From: Patescibacteria group bacterium
GTDB taxonomy: Bacteria > Patescibacteriota > Patescibacteriia > JAXHNJ01
Assembly (NCBI GenBank): GCA_034520665.1
Contig: JAXHNJ010000001.1
Span: 66,579 to 130,578, forward strand
Length of the DNA: 64,000 nt
Reading direction: 5' to 3'
Below the pieces are notes generated by a model. That model did not search any database. It saw only the letters and a program-made list of their open reading frames with translations, and was not told the DNA's origin. The position numbers were made by a program, and so were the translations under genes. Shown piece after piece: positions 7,271 through 19,017 of the stretch (position 1 is its first letter; every line of letters starts with the position of its first letter).

Positions 7271-9355
7271 ATGGAACGTAAATATCCCCTAGAAAAAACT
7301 CGTAATATTGGAATAATAGCTCACATCGACGCTGGTAAAACTACGGTGACCGAGCGCGTTTTATTTTATACCGGACGCAAACACAAAATTGGCGAAGTTC
7401 ATGAAGGGGAAGCGGAAATGGACTGGATGGAACAGGAAAGAGAAAGAGGTATTACTATTACTTCAGCCGCTACCACTTGTTTTTGGAAAGATAATCGCAT
7501 TAATATAATTGATACTCCGGGTCATATTGATTTTACCGCTGAAGTTCAGCGATCTTTACGGGTTTTGGACGGTGGCGTGGTAGTTTTTGATGGTGTGGCC
7601 GGAGTTGAACCTCAGTCAGAAACAGTCTGGCATCAGGCTGAAAAGTTTAAAATCCCTCTGCTTTGTTTTGTTAATAAAATGGATCGTACTGGCGCAGATT
7701 TTTACTATGACTTAAAAACTATTCACGAAAGATTAAATAAAAACGCCGTTCCCATTCAACTGCCGATTGGAGCTGAAGATAAATTTGAAGGAGTGATTGA
7801 CCTTTTGGCAATGAAAGCCCGGGTTTATAAAGATGAAATGGGTAAGGAATGGGAAGATAAAGATATACCAGAGGACATGAAAGAAAAAGCTGATGAATAT
7901 CGCAAAAAAATGATTGAAACTGTGGCTGAACAGGATGATGAATTATTAAATAAATATTTAGAAGGCGAAGAATTAGATATAAAGGAAATTAAAAAAGTTT
8001 TAAGACAAGCCGTGGTTGATCATAAGCTTTTTCCGGTTCTTTGCGGTTCGGCTTTAAAAAACAGAGGCGTGCAGTTTTTAATGGACGCTATTGTAGACTT
8101 TTTACCCTCACCGCTGGAAGTACCGTCAGTGACTGGCTTTCATCCGGATGATGAAGAAAAAGAAGAGACAAGAAAAGCTGATGATACAGCTCCTTTTGCG
8201 GCTCTTGCTTTTAAAGTAGCTAACGACCCTTATGTGGGGACTTTGACTTTTTTCCGGGTTTATTCCGGTACTTTAAAAGCCGGTTCATACGCTTTAAATC
8301 CCAGAACTGGCAAGAAAGAAAGAATTGGTCGTATTGTTCGAATGCATGCTAATTCCCGGGAAGAAGTGCAAGAAATTCACTCTGGTGAAATAGCCGGCGC
8401 AGTCGGTCTTAAAGACACGACTACCGGTGATACTTTATGTGATGAAAAGCATCCTATAATTTTAGAGTCAATTGAGTTTCCTGACCCGGTTATTTCTATT
8501 GCTATTGAACCAAAAACAAAAGCCGACCAGGAAAAAATGGGACTGGCTTTATCCAAGTTAGCTCAAGAAGATCCTACTTTTAAAATAAGAAGTGACGAAG
8601 AAGTTAATCAAACCATAATTTCAGGCATGGGCGAGCTTCATTTAAATATTCTGGTTGACCGCATGAAAAGGGAGTTTAAAGTGGAAGCTAATGTGGGCGA
8701 ACCTCAGGTAGCTTATAAAGAAACAGTGAGTAAAGTAGCCGAAGCAGAAAGCAAATATATTAAACAATCCGGTGGACGCGGTCAGTATGGCCACTGTATT
8801 GTTAGAATTGAACCTAAAGAAAGAGGCAAAGGCTTTGAATTTGTGGACGCAGTAAAAGGCGGTAATATTCCTAAAGAATTTATTCCGGCTGTAGAAAAAG
8901 GAGTTAAAGAAGCGGTGGATAACGGAATATTAGCCGGTTATCCTCTAGTTGACTTAAAATTGACTTTGCTTGACGGTTCTTACCATGATGTAGACTCTTC
9001 AGAAGCGGCTTTTAAAATCGCCGGCTCTATGGCCTTGCAGGAAGCGGCTAAAAAAGCCAAACCGACCTTGCTAGAGCCAGTCATGAGAATTGAAGTTGTC
9101 ACTCCAGAGAAATTTATGGGAGATGTTATTGGTGATTTGAACGCTAAAAGGGCTAATATTAAAGAGATGACTGATCGGGGCAAAATGAAACTGGTTAAGG
9201 CTAATGTTCCCTTAGCTTCCATGTTTGGTTATACCACTGAATTGCGCTCCATGACTCAGGGCCGGGCTTCAAATTCTATGGAATTTTCTCATTACGCTAA
9301 AGTAGCCCAAAATATAGTAAATGAAATTTTAGAAAGCAAGAATAAAGAAGAATAA
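7271..9355 (+). CDS. fusA: Elongation factor G
   Basis: [23 protein letters not shown]. Confidence 0.99.
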   Translation: MERKYPLEKTRNIGIIAHIDAGKTTVTERVLFYTGRKHKIGEVHEGEAEMDWMEQERERGITITSAATTCFWKDNRINIIDTPGHIDFTAEVQRSLRVLDGGVVVFDGVAGVEPQSETVWHQAEKFKIPLLCFVNKMDRTGADFYYDLKTIHERLNKNAVPIQLPIGAEDKFEGVIDLLAMKARVYKDEMGKEWEDKDIPEDMKEKADEYRKKMIETVAEQDDELLNKYLEGEELDIKEIKKVLRQAVVDHKLFPVLCGSALKNRGVQFLMDAIVDFLPSPLEVPSVTGFHPDDEEKEETRKADDTAPFAALAFKVANDPYVGTLTFFRVYSGTLKAGSYALNPRTGKKERIGRIVRMHANSREEVQEIHSGEIAGAVGLKDTTTGDTLCDEKHPIILESIEFPDPVISIAIEPKTKADQEKMGLALSKLAQEDPTFKIRSDEEVNQTIISGMGELHLNILVDRMKREFKVEANVGEPQVAYKETVSKVAEAESKYIKQSGGRGQYGHCIVRIEPKERGKGFEFVDAVKGGNIPKEFIPAVEKGVKEAVDNGILAGYPLVDLKLTLLDGSYHDVDSSEAAFKIAGSMALQEAAKKAKPTLLEPVMRIEVVTPEKFMGDVIGDLNAKRANIKEMTDRGKMKLVKANVPLASMFGYTTELRSMTQGRASNSMEFSHYAKVAQNIVNEILESKNKEE

Positions 9356-9361
9356 TTTAAA

Positions 9362-10678
9362 ATGAAATTAAATAAAAAATATCTTACCTTGGCTTTCGTA
9401 ATAGTTGTGGTTCTGGCCATAGCGGGGGGTATTTTTTATTATCAGTTTAATTCTAAAAAAGAAGAATCCGAGTCTTTTACAGTCAGCTATAAAGAATTAA
9501 AAGCGGAAGAGGTTGATGATCTGAGTAAAATTGAGAGTCAGGAAAAAATAGTCTATGCTCAAAGAGAAGTGATTGATAATAAAGGTAATGAGAATGTTTA
9601 CCAAACCAGGTATTATGTTACCAACAGTAAGGGAGAGAAAAAATATAACTTTTATACAGCTGATGATCTGACTTTTGAAATTGGCTATCCCTATTTAGAA
9701 GATAAAATATTAATCTTAACTGAATTTGGCCAGGCTGATAATCGGGTAGTTAATTTAAAAGGGGAAGTTTTAAAGGAGGTTTTTATACCGGGTATTGATT
9801 TTGGCACTGATTTTGTAGTTTCAGATGACCATAAAAAAGTGGCTTACCTGGAAAATCAGTCAAAAGCTAATCTAGAAAATGAGCTTAGTTTTGATTTTAA
9901 TTATTTAATAAAAGTTAAAGATTTAGAGAGTGGTGTGGTTGAAGAGTTTAATCCTGAGGAAATTAAACACGAAGAGATTGAATATAGTCAATTTGTGCCC
10001 GGTGCTTTTTCCCAAGACGGAAAAAAACTCTATATCTTTGCTTCTCAATATGGCTTGGATTTAAGTTATCAAAACCCAAATGGCTTATATGAAATTAATT
10101 TAGAGAATAACCAAATAAAAGAAATATATTATTCTTCTATTGAAAATCAAGAGGAAAAGGATTTGTTGGTTTTATTGGGTGTTTTTCCCCGGCAAAATTT
10201 GGCTTTAGTTAATCGGGGTCCGAGATTATCAAAAGATGATGAAACTGTCTTTCGTACTCAAATACAAAAAATAAATTTGGAAACCGGAGAATTTAAGGAT
10301 TTGTATATTGATGAATATACGGATCGGGTAGGTAGTGGTGGCAAAATACTAAGCCCGGATGGCCATAAATTAATTCTACTTAATAATGCTTATTATGACC
10401 GAGGACTTTCTCTCTATAATTTAGAAACAAAAAAAATGACCAAATTGCTGGATCAAGGGGAATTTGTGACCTGGATGAGTGATAACCAGACAATTATTTA
10501 TCGTCTTTACAAAACTAAAGAAAACGAGCCGGGACAGATTGATCAAACAGTTGAAATTCATTCATTAAACATTGACACGGGAGGGGATTATAAGTTATAC
10601 TCACAGGAATCAGTAAATGAAGGTACGGGTATGAATGAAATGGGAGATAAATTTTATACTTTTATCGGTTTAATCTAA
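9362..10678 (+). CDS. Membrane-anchored hypothetical protein, probable TolB-like beta-propeller
   Basis: N-terminal TM; repeats SDDHKKVAY, FSQDGKKLY, LSPDGHKLI, WMSDNQTIIY. Confidence 0.75.
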   Translation: MKLNKKYLTLAFVIVVVLAIAGGIFYYQFNSKKEESESFTVSYKELKAEEVDDLSKIESQEKIVYAQREVIDNKGNENVYQTRYYVTNSKGEKKYNFYTADDLTFEIGYPYLEDKILILTEFGQADNRVVNLKGEVLKEVFIPGIDFGTDFVVSDDHKKVAYLENQSKANLENELSFDFNYLIKVKDLESGVVEEFNPEEIKHEEIEYSQFVPGAFSQDGKKLYIFASQYGLDLSYQNPNGLYEINLENNQIKEIYYSSIENQEEKDLLVLLGVFPRQNLALVNRGPRLSKDDETVFRTQIQKINLETGEFKDLYIDEYTDRVGSGGKILSPDGHKLILLNNAYYDRGLSLYNLETKKMTKLLDQGEFVTWMSDNQTIIYRLYKTKENEPGQIDQTVEIHSLNIDTGGDYKLYSQESVNEGTGMNEMGDKFYTFIGLI

Positions 10679-10803
10679 TTAGAATACTTTATTAATAGTT
10701 AATAATAATGGCTTAAAATAATAATAATATTTTCTATTTTTGGCTAGCTATAGGCAAAAATTAAGACAGAACTGTTTTTATGAGAATTTCTTTATTTAAA
10801 AAC

Positions 10804-10832
10804 TTGCCAAAGACTGATATTATTGCTATAAT
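10804..10832 (+). promoter_or_regulatory. Sigma70 promoter upstream of tuf
   Basis: TTGCCA-17 bp-TATAAT with extended TG. Confidence 0.65.
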
Positions 10833-10918
10833 CGTTATTGCTATTTTGTAAAAAATATTGTAAAATAAATAAAATAACAATCATCTCAATTTAATTTAAA
10901 AAAGAAAGGATAAAAATT

Positions 10919-12103
10919 ATGGCAGATAAATTTGAAAGATCAAAACCCCATCTTAATGTTGGTACTATTGGTCATGTTGACCATGGTAAAACTACTTTAA
11001 CCGCCGCTATGCTTAAAGTTTTAAAAGAGAATGGCTTAAATGTCTCAGAAAAGGCAGTAGATGAAATTGATAATGCCCCTGAAGAAAAAGAAAGAGGTAT
11101 TACTATTGCTACTTGTCATGTAGAATATGAGAGTGAAAAAAGACATTATGCTCATATCGACTGTCCTGGACACGCTGATTACGTTAAAAATATGATTACC
11201 GGAGCTGCTCAAATGGATGGTGCTATTTTGGTAGTTTCCGCGGCTGACGGTCCGATGCCACAAACAAGAGAGCATATTTTGTTAGCTAACCAGGTAGGAG
11301 TGGAATCAATAGTTGTTTATTTAAATAAAACCGATCAGGTTGAAGATAAAGAATTAATTGATTTAGTTGAAGAAGAAATTAAAGATCTTCTTAAAAAATA
11401 TGATTTTGATCCGGACAAATGCCCGATTATAAAAGGCTCAGCCCTAAAAGCTCTTGAAGGTGATGAGGAATCTAAAAAATCTATTATGGAACTGCTTAAA
11501 GCACTGGATGAAAATATTCCTGAACCCAAGAGAGACGTGGAAAAACCCTTTCTTATGCCAATTGAAGACATTTTCTCTATTGAAGGAAGAGGTACAGTAG
11601 TCACTGGTCGGATTGAAAGAGGGAAACTTAAGCTTAATGACGAAATTGAAATTGTTGGTCTGGGTGAAACCCAAAAAACAGTAGTCACTGGCATAGAGAT
11701 GTTCAATAAATCCTTAGATGAAGGCCAGGCTGGTGATAATGCGGGTATTTTATTGCGCGGCACTAAAAAAGAAGAGGTTGAGCGTGGACAGGTTATTGCT
11801 AAACCCGGCAGTGTTACTCCGCATACTGATTTTGAATGTGAAGTTTATATCTTAAAGAAAGAAGAAGGTGGACGCCACACGCCATTTTTCAAAGGCTATA
11901 AACCTCAATTTTATATCAGAACTACTGATGTAACTGGTTCTGTAGAATTACCCGAAAAAACTGAAATGGTTATGCCTGGTGACACAGTTAACCTCAAAGT
12001 TAAACTTAATAAACCGATTGCTTTAGAAGAACAGCAGAGATTTGCTATTCGTGAAGGTGGTCATACTGTTGGTGCTGGAGTGGTAACTAAAATTAGTAAA
12101 TAA
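10919..12103 (+). CDS. tuf: Elongation factor Tu
   Basis: [17 protein letters not shown]. Confidence 0.99.
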   Translation: MADKFERSKPHLNVGTIGHVDHGKTTLTAAMLKVLKENGLNVSEKAVDEIDNAPEEKERGITIATCHVEYESEKRHYAHIDCPGHADYVKNMITGAAQMDGAILVVSAADGPMPQTREHILLANQVGVESIVVYLNKTDQVEDKELIDLVEEEIKDLLKKYDFDPDKCPIIKGSALKALEGDEESKKSIMELLKALDENIPEPKRDVEKPFLMPIEDIFSIEGRGTVVTGRIERGKLKLNDEIEIVGLGETQKTVVTGIEMFNKSLDEGQAGDNAGILLRGTKKEEVERGQVIAKPGSVTPHTDFECEVYILKKEEGGRHTPFFKGYKPQFYIRTTDVTGSVELPEKTEMVMPGDTVNLKVKLNKPIALEEQQRFAIREGGHTVGAGVVTKISK

Positions 12104-12135
12104 TTATAAGATAAAAATAATATTTCGATCTTTCC

Positions 12136-12477
12136 ATGCCTAAAACAAAACAAAAAAATGATCAAGAAGAGGTTCAGCAGAGAATTCGCATAAAAATTAG
12201 AGCTTATGATCATAAAATTATTGATCAATGTACAAAAAAAATAATTGATACCGCTGAAAAAAGCGGCATGAAGGTAAAAGGACCAGTGCCCCTGCCCACC
12301 GAGAAAAGTAAATATACAGTTATTAGATCACCATTTGTACATAAAAAGTCAAGAGATCAGTATGAGATGCGCATACATAAGCGTTTAATTGATATTTTAG
12401 AACCGGATCCTAAATCAGTTGATTCTTTAATGAGTTTAAATCTACCGGCTGGCGTGGACGTCGAAATAAAAATGTAA
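12136..12477 (+). CDS. rpsJ: 30S ribosomal protein uS10
   Basis: [24 protein letters not shown]. Confidence 0.98.
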   Translation: MPKTKQKNDQEEVQQRIRIKIRAYDHKIIDQCTKKIIDTAEKSGMKVKGPVPLPTEKSKYTVIRSPFVHKKSRDQYEMRIHKRLIDILEPDPKSVDSLMSLNLPAGVDVEIKM

Positions 12478-12646
12478 AATTAAAATTTAATAATAGCAGT
12501 GAATAGGTTCTGAGGATGATAATAGCTGATATTTAATTGACAGAGATTTAATCCTCAGATAACAATTTGCGAGATAATAAAGAACCGAGTTTAAAAGGTT
12601 TAATTCTTGCGACCTCGGTTTTTTTCTTAAAATTTTTAGTAAAAAA

Positions 12647-13447
12647 ATGAAATTTATCATCGGAAAAAAAATTGAAATGACTTCTGTTTTTGGCCATTCT
12701 GGCCGAATGATAGCCGCGACCAGAATAAAAGTTAATCCGAATTTTGTTAGCCAGATTAAAACTAAAGAAAAAGAAGGCTATGAAGCTGTTCAGCTGGCTT
12801 TTGACAAGAATAAAAAGATTAAAAAACCCCAGAAAGGACACTTGGGCAAAATCGGTTCTTACGGGGTTTTAAAAGAATTCAGAGTGGATAAATCTTCAGA
12901 TTTTAAGGTAGGTCAGGAAGTCAATGCTTCAATTTTTGAAACCGGAGAAATTGTAAATATTATGGGATTTTCTAAAGGTAAAGGTTTCCAGGGAGTAGTC
13001 AAGAGGCATGGTTTTAAAGGAGCGCCGGCTACCCACGGTACTAAGGATCAGCTGCGCATGCCTGGTTCAATTGGCCCCACTGGCCCAGCCCATGTTTTTA
13101 AAGGCACACGTATGCCCGGTCGTATGGGCCATGATCAGGTAACCGTTAGAAATTTGGAAATTATTAAAGTTAATAAAAAATCAAACGAAATATTTGTTAA
13201 AGGAGCCGTGCCTGGTCCGCGCCACCAAATACTTAAAATTGTGGCTACTGGAAATAAAAATGAAAAAAATGCCTCTGATTTCGACTCACCTACTGAAGCT
13301 AATAAAGGCCAGGAAGAGACAAATGATAAAAAGAAAGATAATAAAGCAGAAAATAAATCCACTTCTACTAAAGCTTCAACAAATAAAAAAGAGGAAAAAA
13401 CCAAAGAAAAACCTCAAAAAGATTCAAAGGAAAAGAAAGAAAAATAA
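12647..13447 (+). CDS. rplC: 50S ribosomal protein uL3 with Lys/Glu-rich C-terminal tail
   Basis: SKGKGFQGVVKRHGF, RMPGRMG. Confidence 0.98.
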   Translation: MKFIIGKKIEMTSVFGHSGRMIAATRIKVNPNFVSQIKTKEKEGYEAVQLAFDKNKKIKKPQKGHLGKIGSYGVLKEFRVDKSSDFKVGQEVNASIFETGEIVNIMGFSKGKGFQGVVKRHGFKGAPATHGTKDQLRMPGSIGPTGPAHVFKGTRMPGRMGHDQVTVRNLEIIKVNKKSNEIFVKGAVPGPRHQILKIVATGNKNEKNASDFDSPTEANKGQEETNDKKKDNKAENKSTSTKASTNKKEEKTKEKPQKDSKEKKEK

Positions 13448-13449
13448 TT

Positions 13450-14079
13450 ATGCTTAAAGCAAATATTTATAATAATAAAGGTGAAAAAACCGGAACTGTG
13501 GATTTAAAAGAAGAAATTTTTGGTATCAAGCCAAAGGTTTCTCTTATACAGGAAGTGATTAGAGTTCAGATGGCTAATAAGCGGTATAATATAGCTCACA
13601 GCAAAGGACGGAGTCAAAAACGGGGCGGCGGACGTAAGCCTTGGCGCCAAAAAGGCACCGGCCGGGCTAGGCACGGATCAATTAGATCACCACTTTGGCG
13701 AGGCGGCGGAGTTACTTTTGGGCCTGACAAAGACAGAAATTTTAAAAAGAAAGTCAATAAAAAGGTAAAAAGAAAAGCTTTATTTATGGCTCTATCAGAT
13801 AAAGCCATAAATAAAAATGTTTTACTTTTTAAAAATTTAAATATTGATGAGCCAAAAACCAAGAAGTTCCTGGAATTAATCAAAAATGTACCAGTTAAAA
13901 AACCTTATTTATTAATTTTACCTGATACTAATTTAAATATAATCAGAGCTTCAAATAATTTAAAAGAAAATAGATGTATTCGGGCCGATTCCCTTAATGT
14001 TTATGATATTATAAAGTATAAAAGTTTACTTATGCCCGAAGAATCTTTAGCTATTATCTATAAAACTTATTTAAAATAA
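13450..14079 (+). CDS. rplD: 50S ribosomal protein uL4
   Basis: [15 protein letters not shown]. Confidence 0.98.
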   Translation: MLKANIYNNKGEKTGTVDLKEEIFGIKPKVSLIQEVIRVQMANKRYNIAHSKGRSQKRGGGRKPWRQKGTGRARHGSIRSPLWRGGGVTFGPDKDRNFKKKVNKKVKRKALFMALSDKAINKNVLLFKNLNIDEPKTKKFLELIKNVPVKKPYLLILPDTNLNIIRASNNLKENRCIRADSLNVYDIIKYKSLLMPEESLAIIYKTYLK

Positions 14080-14082
14080 ATC

Positions 14083-14583
14083 ATGGGATTATTTGATAGA
14101 TTTAAAAAACCAAAAACTGACAAGGCTTCTCACAAAGAGGAAAAGCGTGTACGTGACAAAAAAAAGAAATCCAAATTAACAAAGCAAAAGCAAGAGGAAG
14201 CCAAAAAAAAGCGTTTTCAAGCGGTTGGCACCGCTGCTCCAGAAGTCAAAAAAAAGACAGCCAAAAAGAAAAAGACAGCTAAAAAGAAGACTAGAACGGA
14301 AAGTGGTACAGCCCCAAAAATACTGATTAGGCCGATAGTCTCAGAAAAAAGTACTGAATTAGGTGTGGCCAATAAATATGTTTTTGAAGTTAACAAGGTC
14401 TCAAATAAAATCCAAATAAAAAAAGCTTTTAAGGATTTATACGGCTATAAACCTATAAGTGTTAATATTATTAACATGAGCGGCAAACAGGTTAGATATG
14501 GCCGATCAACTGGTCGTACTAAAAATTGGAAAAAGGCGGTTATTACCTTGAAAGCTGAAGAAAAAATTGATATAAATACTTAA
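14083..14583 (+). CDS. rplW: 50S ribosomal protein uL23 with basic N-terminal extension
   Basis: RPIVSEKS, KYVFEV, WKKAVITL. Confidence 0.96.
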   Translation: MGLFDRFKKPKTDKASHKEEKRVRDKKKKSKLTKQKQEEAKKKRFQAVGTAAPEVKKKTAKKKKTAKKKTRTESGTAPKILIRPIVSEKSTELGVANKYVFEVNKVSNKIQIKKAFKDLYGYKPISVNIINMSGKQVRYGRSTGRTKNWKKAVITLKAEEKIDINT

Positions 14584-14586
14584 TAT

Positions 14587-15420
14587 ATGGCAGTTAAGAA
14601 AAACAAACCAACTACTCCCGGACGAAGGCGATCATCCTCATTAACTTATGAGGAATTAACCAAAAAGAAACCAGAGAAATCTTTGCTTAAGATTATCAAG
14701 AAGAAAGCTGGTCGTTCAAAAGGAAAAATTACCGTTAGGCACAAAGGCGGCGGACATAAAAGATTTTATCGTTTAGTAGATTTTAAGCGCCATAATTTTG
14801 ATGTGCCAGCTGAAGTTAAAAGTATTGAGTATGATCCTAATCGCAGTGCTTTTATTGCTCTTTTGGCATATGAAGACGGTAAGAAAAGTTATGTTCTGTC
14901 TCCGACTGGCCTGTCAGTTGGCGATAAAATACTTTCTTCTAAAGATAAGATAGAAATAAAAAATGGTAATCGTATGCCTTTGGAGAAAATGCCACCTGGT
15001 TCTTTTATTTATAATATTGAAATGAATCCCGGGCAAGGTGGTAAAATAGTAAGATCAGCCGGCTTGAGGGCTGCTTTGATGGGAGTTGAAGGAAAAAATG
15101 CCCAGTTAAAAATGCCTTCCGGAGAAATAAGATTATTTGATAAAAAGTCATTAGCCACTTTGGGACAAGTTTCTAATGCTGATCATATTAATGTTAGACT
15201 AGGTAAAGCTGGCAAGAAAAGATGGCTGGGCATCCGACCGACAGTACGTGGTAAGGCTATGAACCCAACAGATCATCCTCATGGTGGCGGCGAAGGTAGT
15301 ACTCCGGTGGGTATGAAACATCCAAAAACCCCAACTGGTAAACCAGCTATGGGTAAAACTACCCGGAAAAAAAATAAAAAATCCAATCGGATGATTATTA
15401 AAAAAAGAAGAAAGAAATAA
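14587..15420 (+). CDS. rplB: 50S ribosomal protein uL2
   Basis: IEYDPNRSA, VRGKAMNPTDHPHGGG. Confidence 0.99.
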   Translation: MAVKKNKPTTPGRRRSSSLTYEELTKKKPEKSLLKIIKKKAGRSKGKITVRHKGGGHKRFYRLVDFKRHNFDVPAEVKSIEYDPNRSAFIALLAYEDGKKSYVLSPTGLSVGDKILSSKDKIEIKNGNRMPLEKMPPGSFIYNIEMNPGQGGKIVRSAGLRAALMGVEGKNAQLKMPSGEIRLFDKKSLATLGQVSNADHINVRLGKAGKKRWLGIRPTVRGKAMNPTDHPHGGGEGSTPVGMKHPKTPTGKPAMGKTTRKKNKKSNRMIIKKRRKK

Positions 15421-15423
15421 TTT

Positions 15424-15777
15424 ATGTCAAGAAGTCTAAAAAAAGGCCCATACATTAATCCAAAATTGCTTAAAAAAATGAGCAAGGTTAGAGTTGGTGA
15501 TAAAACAGTAATTAAAACTTGGTCACGTGCTTCGGTTATTACTCCGGAAATGGTTGGCTATACTTTTGGGGTGCATAATGGGAAAGAGCACGTACCGGTC
15601 AGAGTAACTGAAAATATGGTTGGTCATAAATTGGGTGAATTCTCTCCTACTCGTAAATTTGTCAAACATGGCGGACGTATGCAAAAAGAAGCAGAAATTG
15701 CCCAAGCTGAAACAGTTCGCCAGGAAGCCAAAAAGACAGCTGGAGAAGAAGAAACAAAAAAACCTAAAGAAGAATAA
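15424..15777 (+). CDS. rpsS: 30S ribosomal protein uS19
   Basis: [20 protein letters not shown]. Confidence 0.99.
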   Translation: MSRSLKKGPYINPKLLKKMSKVRVGDKTVIKTWSRASVITPEMVGYTFGVHNGKEHVPVRVTENMVGHKLGEFSPTRKFVKHGGRMQKEAEIAQAETVRQEAKKTAGEEETKKPKEE

Positions 15778-15785
15778 TAAAAATT

Positions 15786-16187
15786 ATGGAAGCCAAAGCA
15801 AAATTAAGATATTTAAAAATAGCCCCAAGAAAAGTGAGACTGGTTATTAATTTAATAAGGGGCAAAGATATTGAAAGAGCCAGAAATGAGCTTAAATTTA
15901 GTTCAAAAAGAGCGGCTAAGCCACTTCTAAAACTTTTAGAATCAGCTATAGCCAACGCTGAAAACAATTTTGATTTAAAAAAAGAAAATCTTTATATAAA
16001 AAAAATCACAGCTGATGAAGGCCCCAAGCTTAAAAGATGGCGCCCACGGGCTTATGGAAGAGCTACACAAATATTAAAGCGCTCCAGTCATGTTACCTTA
16101 ATTCTGGCAGAGAAAAAAATGAGCAAAAAAGAAAAAAAATCTGATAAAAAAAATGATAATAAGAAAAATAAGGGAAGGAAAAAATAA
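15786..16187 (+). CDS. rplV: 50S ribosomal protein uL22
   Basis: APRKVRLV, RPRAYGRA. Confidence 0.98.
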   Translation: MEAKAKLRYLKIAPRKVRLVINLIRGKDIERARNELKFSSKRAAKPLLKLLESAIANAENNFDLKKENLYIKKITADEGPKLKRWRPRAYGRATQILKRSSHVTLILAEKKMSKKEKKSDKKNDNKKNKGRKK

Positions 16188-16855
16188 TGGGAAGAAAGGT
16201 TAATCCAAAAATATTTCGTCTAGGCACAACCCAGAGTTGGAAATCAAAATGGTTTTCCAGAAAGAATTATAGTAAATATTTAAAACAAGATACTAAAATA
16301 AGAAAATTTTTAAGGAATAAATTAAAAGGAGCCAGTGTTGCTAAAATTGGTATTGAACGTTCAGCCAACAATATTACCATAAATATTCATACTTCAAAAC
16401 CAGGATTAGTTATTGGCCGTGGTGGAGCGGGCGCTGATCAGCTGAAAAAAGAAGTTAAAAATAAAGTCTTAAAAAATCCTAAAGGCAGTTTAAAAGTAAA
16501 TATTACTGAAGTTTCCCAGCCCAATCTAAACGCAGAGATTGTTTGCCAGAGTGTTATTGAGCAGATTGAAAAAAGAATACCCTTTCGAAGGGTTATGAAA
16601 AGAACTCTGGATAATGTAATGAAAGCTGGAGCTAAAGGGGTAAAAATTACAGTCTCTGGTCGATTAAACGGCGCTGAAATTGCTCGTACTGAGAAATTAG
16701 CTAAAGGCCAGATTCCACTTCATACCCTCCGGGCTGATGTTGATTATTCTAGAGGAAATGCGGCTACTACGTATGGCAGTATTGGAGTACGAGTTTGGAT
16801 TTATAAAGGTGAAGTTTTTGAAGATGATAAAAAAAATAATAACCAGAAAAAATAA
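16187..16855 (+). CDS. rpsC: 30S ribosomal protein uS3
   Basis: [22 protein letters not shown]. Confidence 0.99.
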   Translation: MGRKVNPKIFRLGTTQSWKSKWFSRKNYSKYLKQDTKIRKFLRNKLKGASVAKIGIERSANNITINIHTSKPGLVIGRGGAGADQLKKEVKNKVLKNPKGSLKVNITEVSQPNLNAEIVCQSVIEQIEKRIPFRRVMKRTLDNVMKAGAKGVKITVSGRLNGAEIARTEKLAKGQIPLHTLRADVDYSRGNAATTYGSIGVRVWIYKGEVFEDDKKNNNQKK

Positions 16856-17262
16856 TGTTAATACCGAAAAAAGTAAAATACAGAAAATGGCAAAAAGGCC
16901 GGCAAAAAGGCCGGGCTACTTCGGGTAATAAAATTTCTTTTGGTCAGTATGGCTTGAAATCTTTAGATAAATCTTGGATAACGGCCAGACAAGTAGAAGC
17001 AGCTAGACGGTCCATTACCCGTTTTTTACAAAAAGGCGGAAAAATATGGATAAGAGTTTTTCCAGACAAACCAGTGACTGGCAAGAGTTCAGAAGTGCCC
17101 ATGGGCGGTGGTAAAGGAGCAGTAGATCATTTTGTAGCTGTGGTTAAACCGGGTACTGTCCTTTTCGAGCTTGGTGGTATTGATAAAGAAACAGCCAAAG
17201 AGGCTTTAAGAAGGGCTTCTTTCAAGCTGCCGGTTAAAACTAAATTTGTAGAAAGAATATAG
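16855..17262 (+). CDS. rplP: 50S ribosomal protein uL16
   Basis: [17 protein letters not shown]. Confidence 0.99.
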   Translation: MLIPKKVKYRKWQKGRQKGRATSGNKISFGQYGLKSLDKSWITARQVEAARRSITRFLQKGGKIWIRVFPDKPVTGKSSEVPMGGGKGAVDHFVAVVKPGTVLFELGGIDKETAKEALRRASFKLPVKTKFVERI

Positions 17263-17265
17263 AAT

Positions 17266-17499
17266 ATGAAGTTCAAAGAATTAAAAACTAAATCATCTAA
17301 AGAATTAAAAAATCTTTTAAAAAATAATAGAGAAGATTTAAGAGACTTAAGATTTAAAGTTTCCAATAAACAAATAAAAAATGTTAGGGAAATAAGAAAA
17401 GTAAAAAAAAGTATCGCTCAAATATTGACACTGCTTAAGAAGAAAAGTAAAGTACAAACTAATAAAGCAAATAATAAAGAAAAAAATGTCTCAAAATAA
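17266..17499 (+). CDS. rpmC: 50S ribosomal protein uL29
   Basis: [19 protein letters not shown]; operon position. Confidence 0.95.
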   Translation: MKFKELKTKSSKELKNLLKNNREDLRDLRFKVSNKQIKNVREIRKVKKSIAQILTLLKKKSKVQTNKANNKEKNVSK

Positions 17500-17737
17500 T
17501 AAGAAGAAAAGAAAATTAAAAGGAGTGGTTGTTTCCGATAAAATGGACAAAACTATTGTGGTTAAAGTAGAAAGATCTAAAAAACATCCGCTTTATAAAA
17601 AAATATTTTTTATTTCTAAAAAATATAAAGTTCACGATCCCGAAAATAAGTATAAAGAAGGAGACAAAGTGGTTATTATTGAATCAAAGCCATATTCAAA
17701 AGATAAAAGATGGCTGGTAATTAATAAAATTTCATAA
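17486..17737 (+). CDS. rpsQ: 30S ribosomal protein uS17
   Basis: [20 protein letters not shown]. Confidence 0.98.
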   Translation: MSQNNKKKRKLKGVVVSDKMDKTIVVKVERSKKHPLYKKIFFISKKYKVHDPENKYKEGDKVVIIESKPYSKDKRWLVINKIS

Positions 17738-17740
17738 ACT

Positions 17741-18112
17741 ATGATACAAGTACACACATCTTTAAAAGTGGCTGATAATACCGGAGCTAGAAAAATCCAA
17801 TGTATACGTCTTCACAGAGGTTTTAAAAGAAGATACGCTCGCTTAGGCGATATTATTACAGCTACAGTTAAAAAAGCTGATCCGCATGCTATGATTAAAA
17901 AAGGTGAAATTGTCAAAGCAGTCATTGTTAGAATGAGAAAAGAAACTCGCCGGTCTGATGGTTCTTATTTAAGATTTGATGAAAACGCAGCTGTGGTTAT
18001 CGATCCGAAAACAAAAATGCCGCGAGGCACTAGAATTTTCGGACCAGTAGCCAGAGAATTAAGAAAAAGAGGCTTTAATAAGATTATATCATTAGCAGCT
18101 GAAGTATTATAA
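17741..18112 (+). CDS. rplN: 50S ribosomal protein uL14
   Basis: [19 protein letters not shown]. Confidence 0.99.
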   Translation: MIQVHTSLKVADNTGARKIQCIRLHRGFKRRYARLGDIITATVKKADPHAMIKKGEIVKAVIVRMRKETRRSDGSYLRFDENAAVVIDPKTKMPRGTRIFGPVARELRKRGFNKIISLAAEVL

Positions 18113-18129
18113 ATTTTATTTTAAATATT

Positions 18130-18435
18130 ATGAAAATAAAAAAAGGCGATACAGTTAAAATATTAACCGGTAAAGATCGTGGCAAAAAAGGTAAAGTAAT
18201 TCAAGTTTTACCAAACGAAAATATGGTTATGGTTGAAAATATAAATATGATGGTTAAAAATATTAGACCGAAAAAAGCCGGAGAAAAAGGGCAAAAAGTT
18301 GAATACGCCGCTCCTCTTAATATTTCTAATGTTAGCTTGCTTTGTCCTAAATGTTCAAAACCAACTCGAGCTGGTTATAAGGTTTTAAAAAATGAGAAAA
18401 TTAGAATTTGTAAAAAATGTAAGGAGAAAATATAA
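18130..18435 (+). CDS. rplX: 50S ribosomal protein uL24
   Basis: KKGDTVKILTGKDRGKKG. Confidence 0.98.
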   Translation: MKIKKGDTVKILTGKDRGKKGKVIQVLPNENMVMVENINMMVKNIRPKKAGEKGQKVEYAAPLNISNVSLLCPKCSKPTRAGYKVLKNEKIRICKKCKEKI

Positions 18436-18998
18436 TGAATCGACTTTATAAAAAATATCAAGAAAAAATTATTCCTTATATGGCGAAAACTTTTAGCTAT
18501 AAGAATAAAATGGCTGTACCAAAAATTAAAAAAGTAGTTTTGAATGTTGGTATACCGGCAGAAAATTTGAACGATGATAAATTTGTTAAAGCCATCACTA
18601 AAAGTTTAGAGCAAATCACTGGCCAAAAACCAGTATTCACACGAGCCAAAAAGTCTATTTCAGCTTTTAAAGTGAAACAGGGTATGAAAGTTGGAGCTAA
18701 GGTTACCTTACGCGGGAAAAGAATGTATGATTTTATAGATAAGTTGGTTAACATTACCCTACCTCGTGTCCGTGATTTTCGCGGATTAGATAAAGACCTA
18801 GTAACAGGCGGGAAAAGTTTGACCATTGGTTTTATAGAGAATGTTGTTTTTCCCGAAATAAACAGCGAAAAAATTGAAAGAATGCATGGATTAGAAGTTA
18901 CAATTGTTAGTAATGCCGAAGATAATAAAGAAATGCTGGCTCTTCTTACGGCCTTTGGCTTTCCTTTTAAGAAAGATAAAGATAAAAATAATTTATAA
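18435..18998 (+). CDS. rplE: 50S ribosomal protein uL5
   Basis: ITGQKP, LPRVRDFRGL. Confidence 0.98.
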   Translation: MNRLYKKYQEKIIPYMAKTFSYKNKMAVPKIKKVVLNVGIPAENLNDDKFVKAITKSLEQITGQKPVFTRAKKSISAFKVKQGMKVGAKVTLRGKRMYDFIDKLVNITLPRVRDFRGLDKDLVTGGKSLTIGFIENVVFPEINSEKIERMHGLEVTIVSNAEDNKEMLALLTAFGFPFKKDKDKNNL

Positions 18999-19017
18999 TT
19001 ATTAATTTATATTATAT

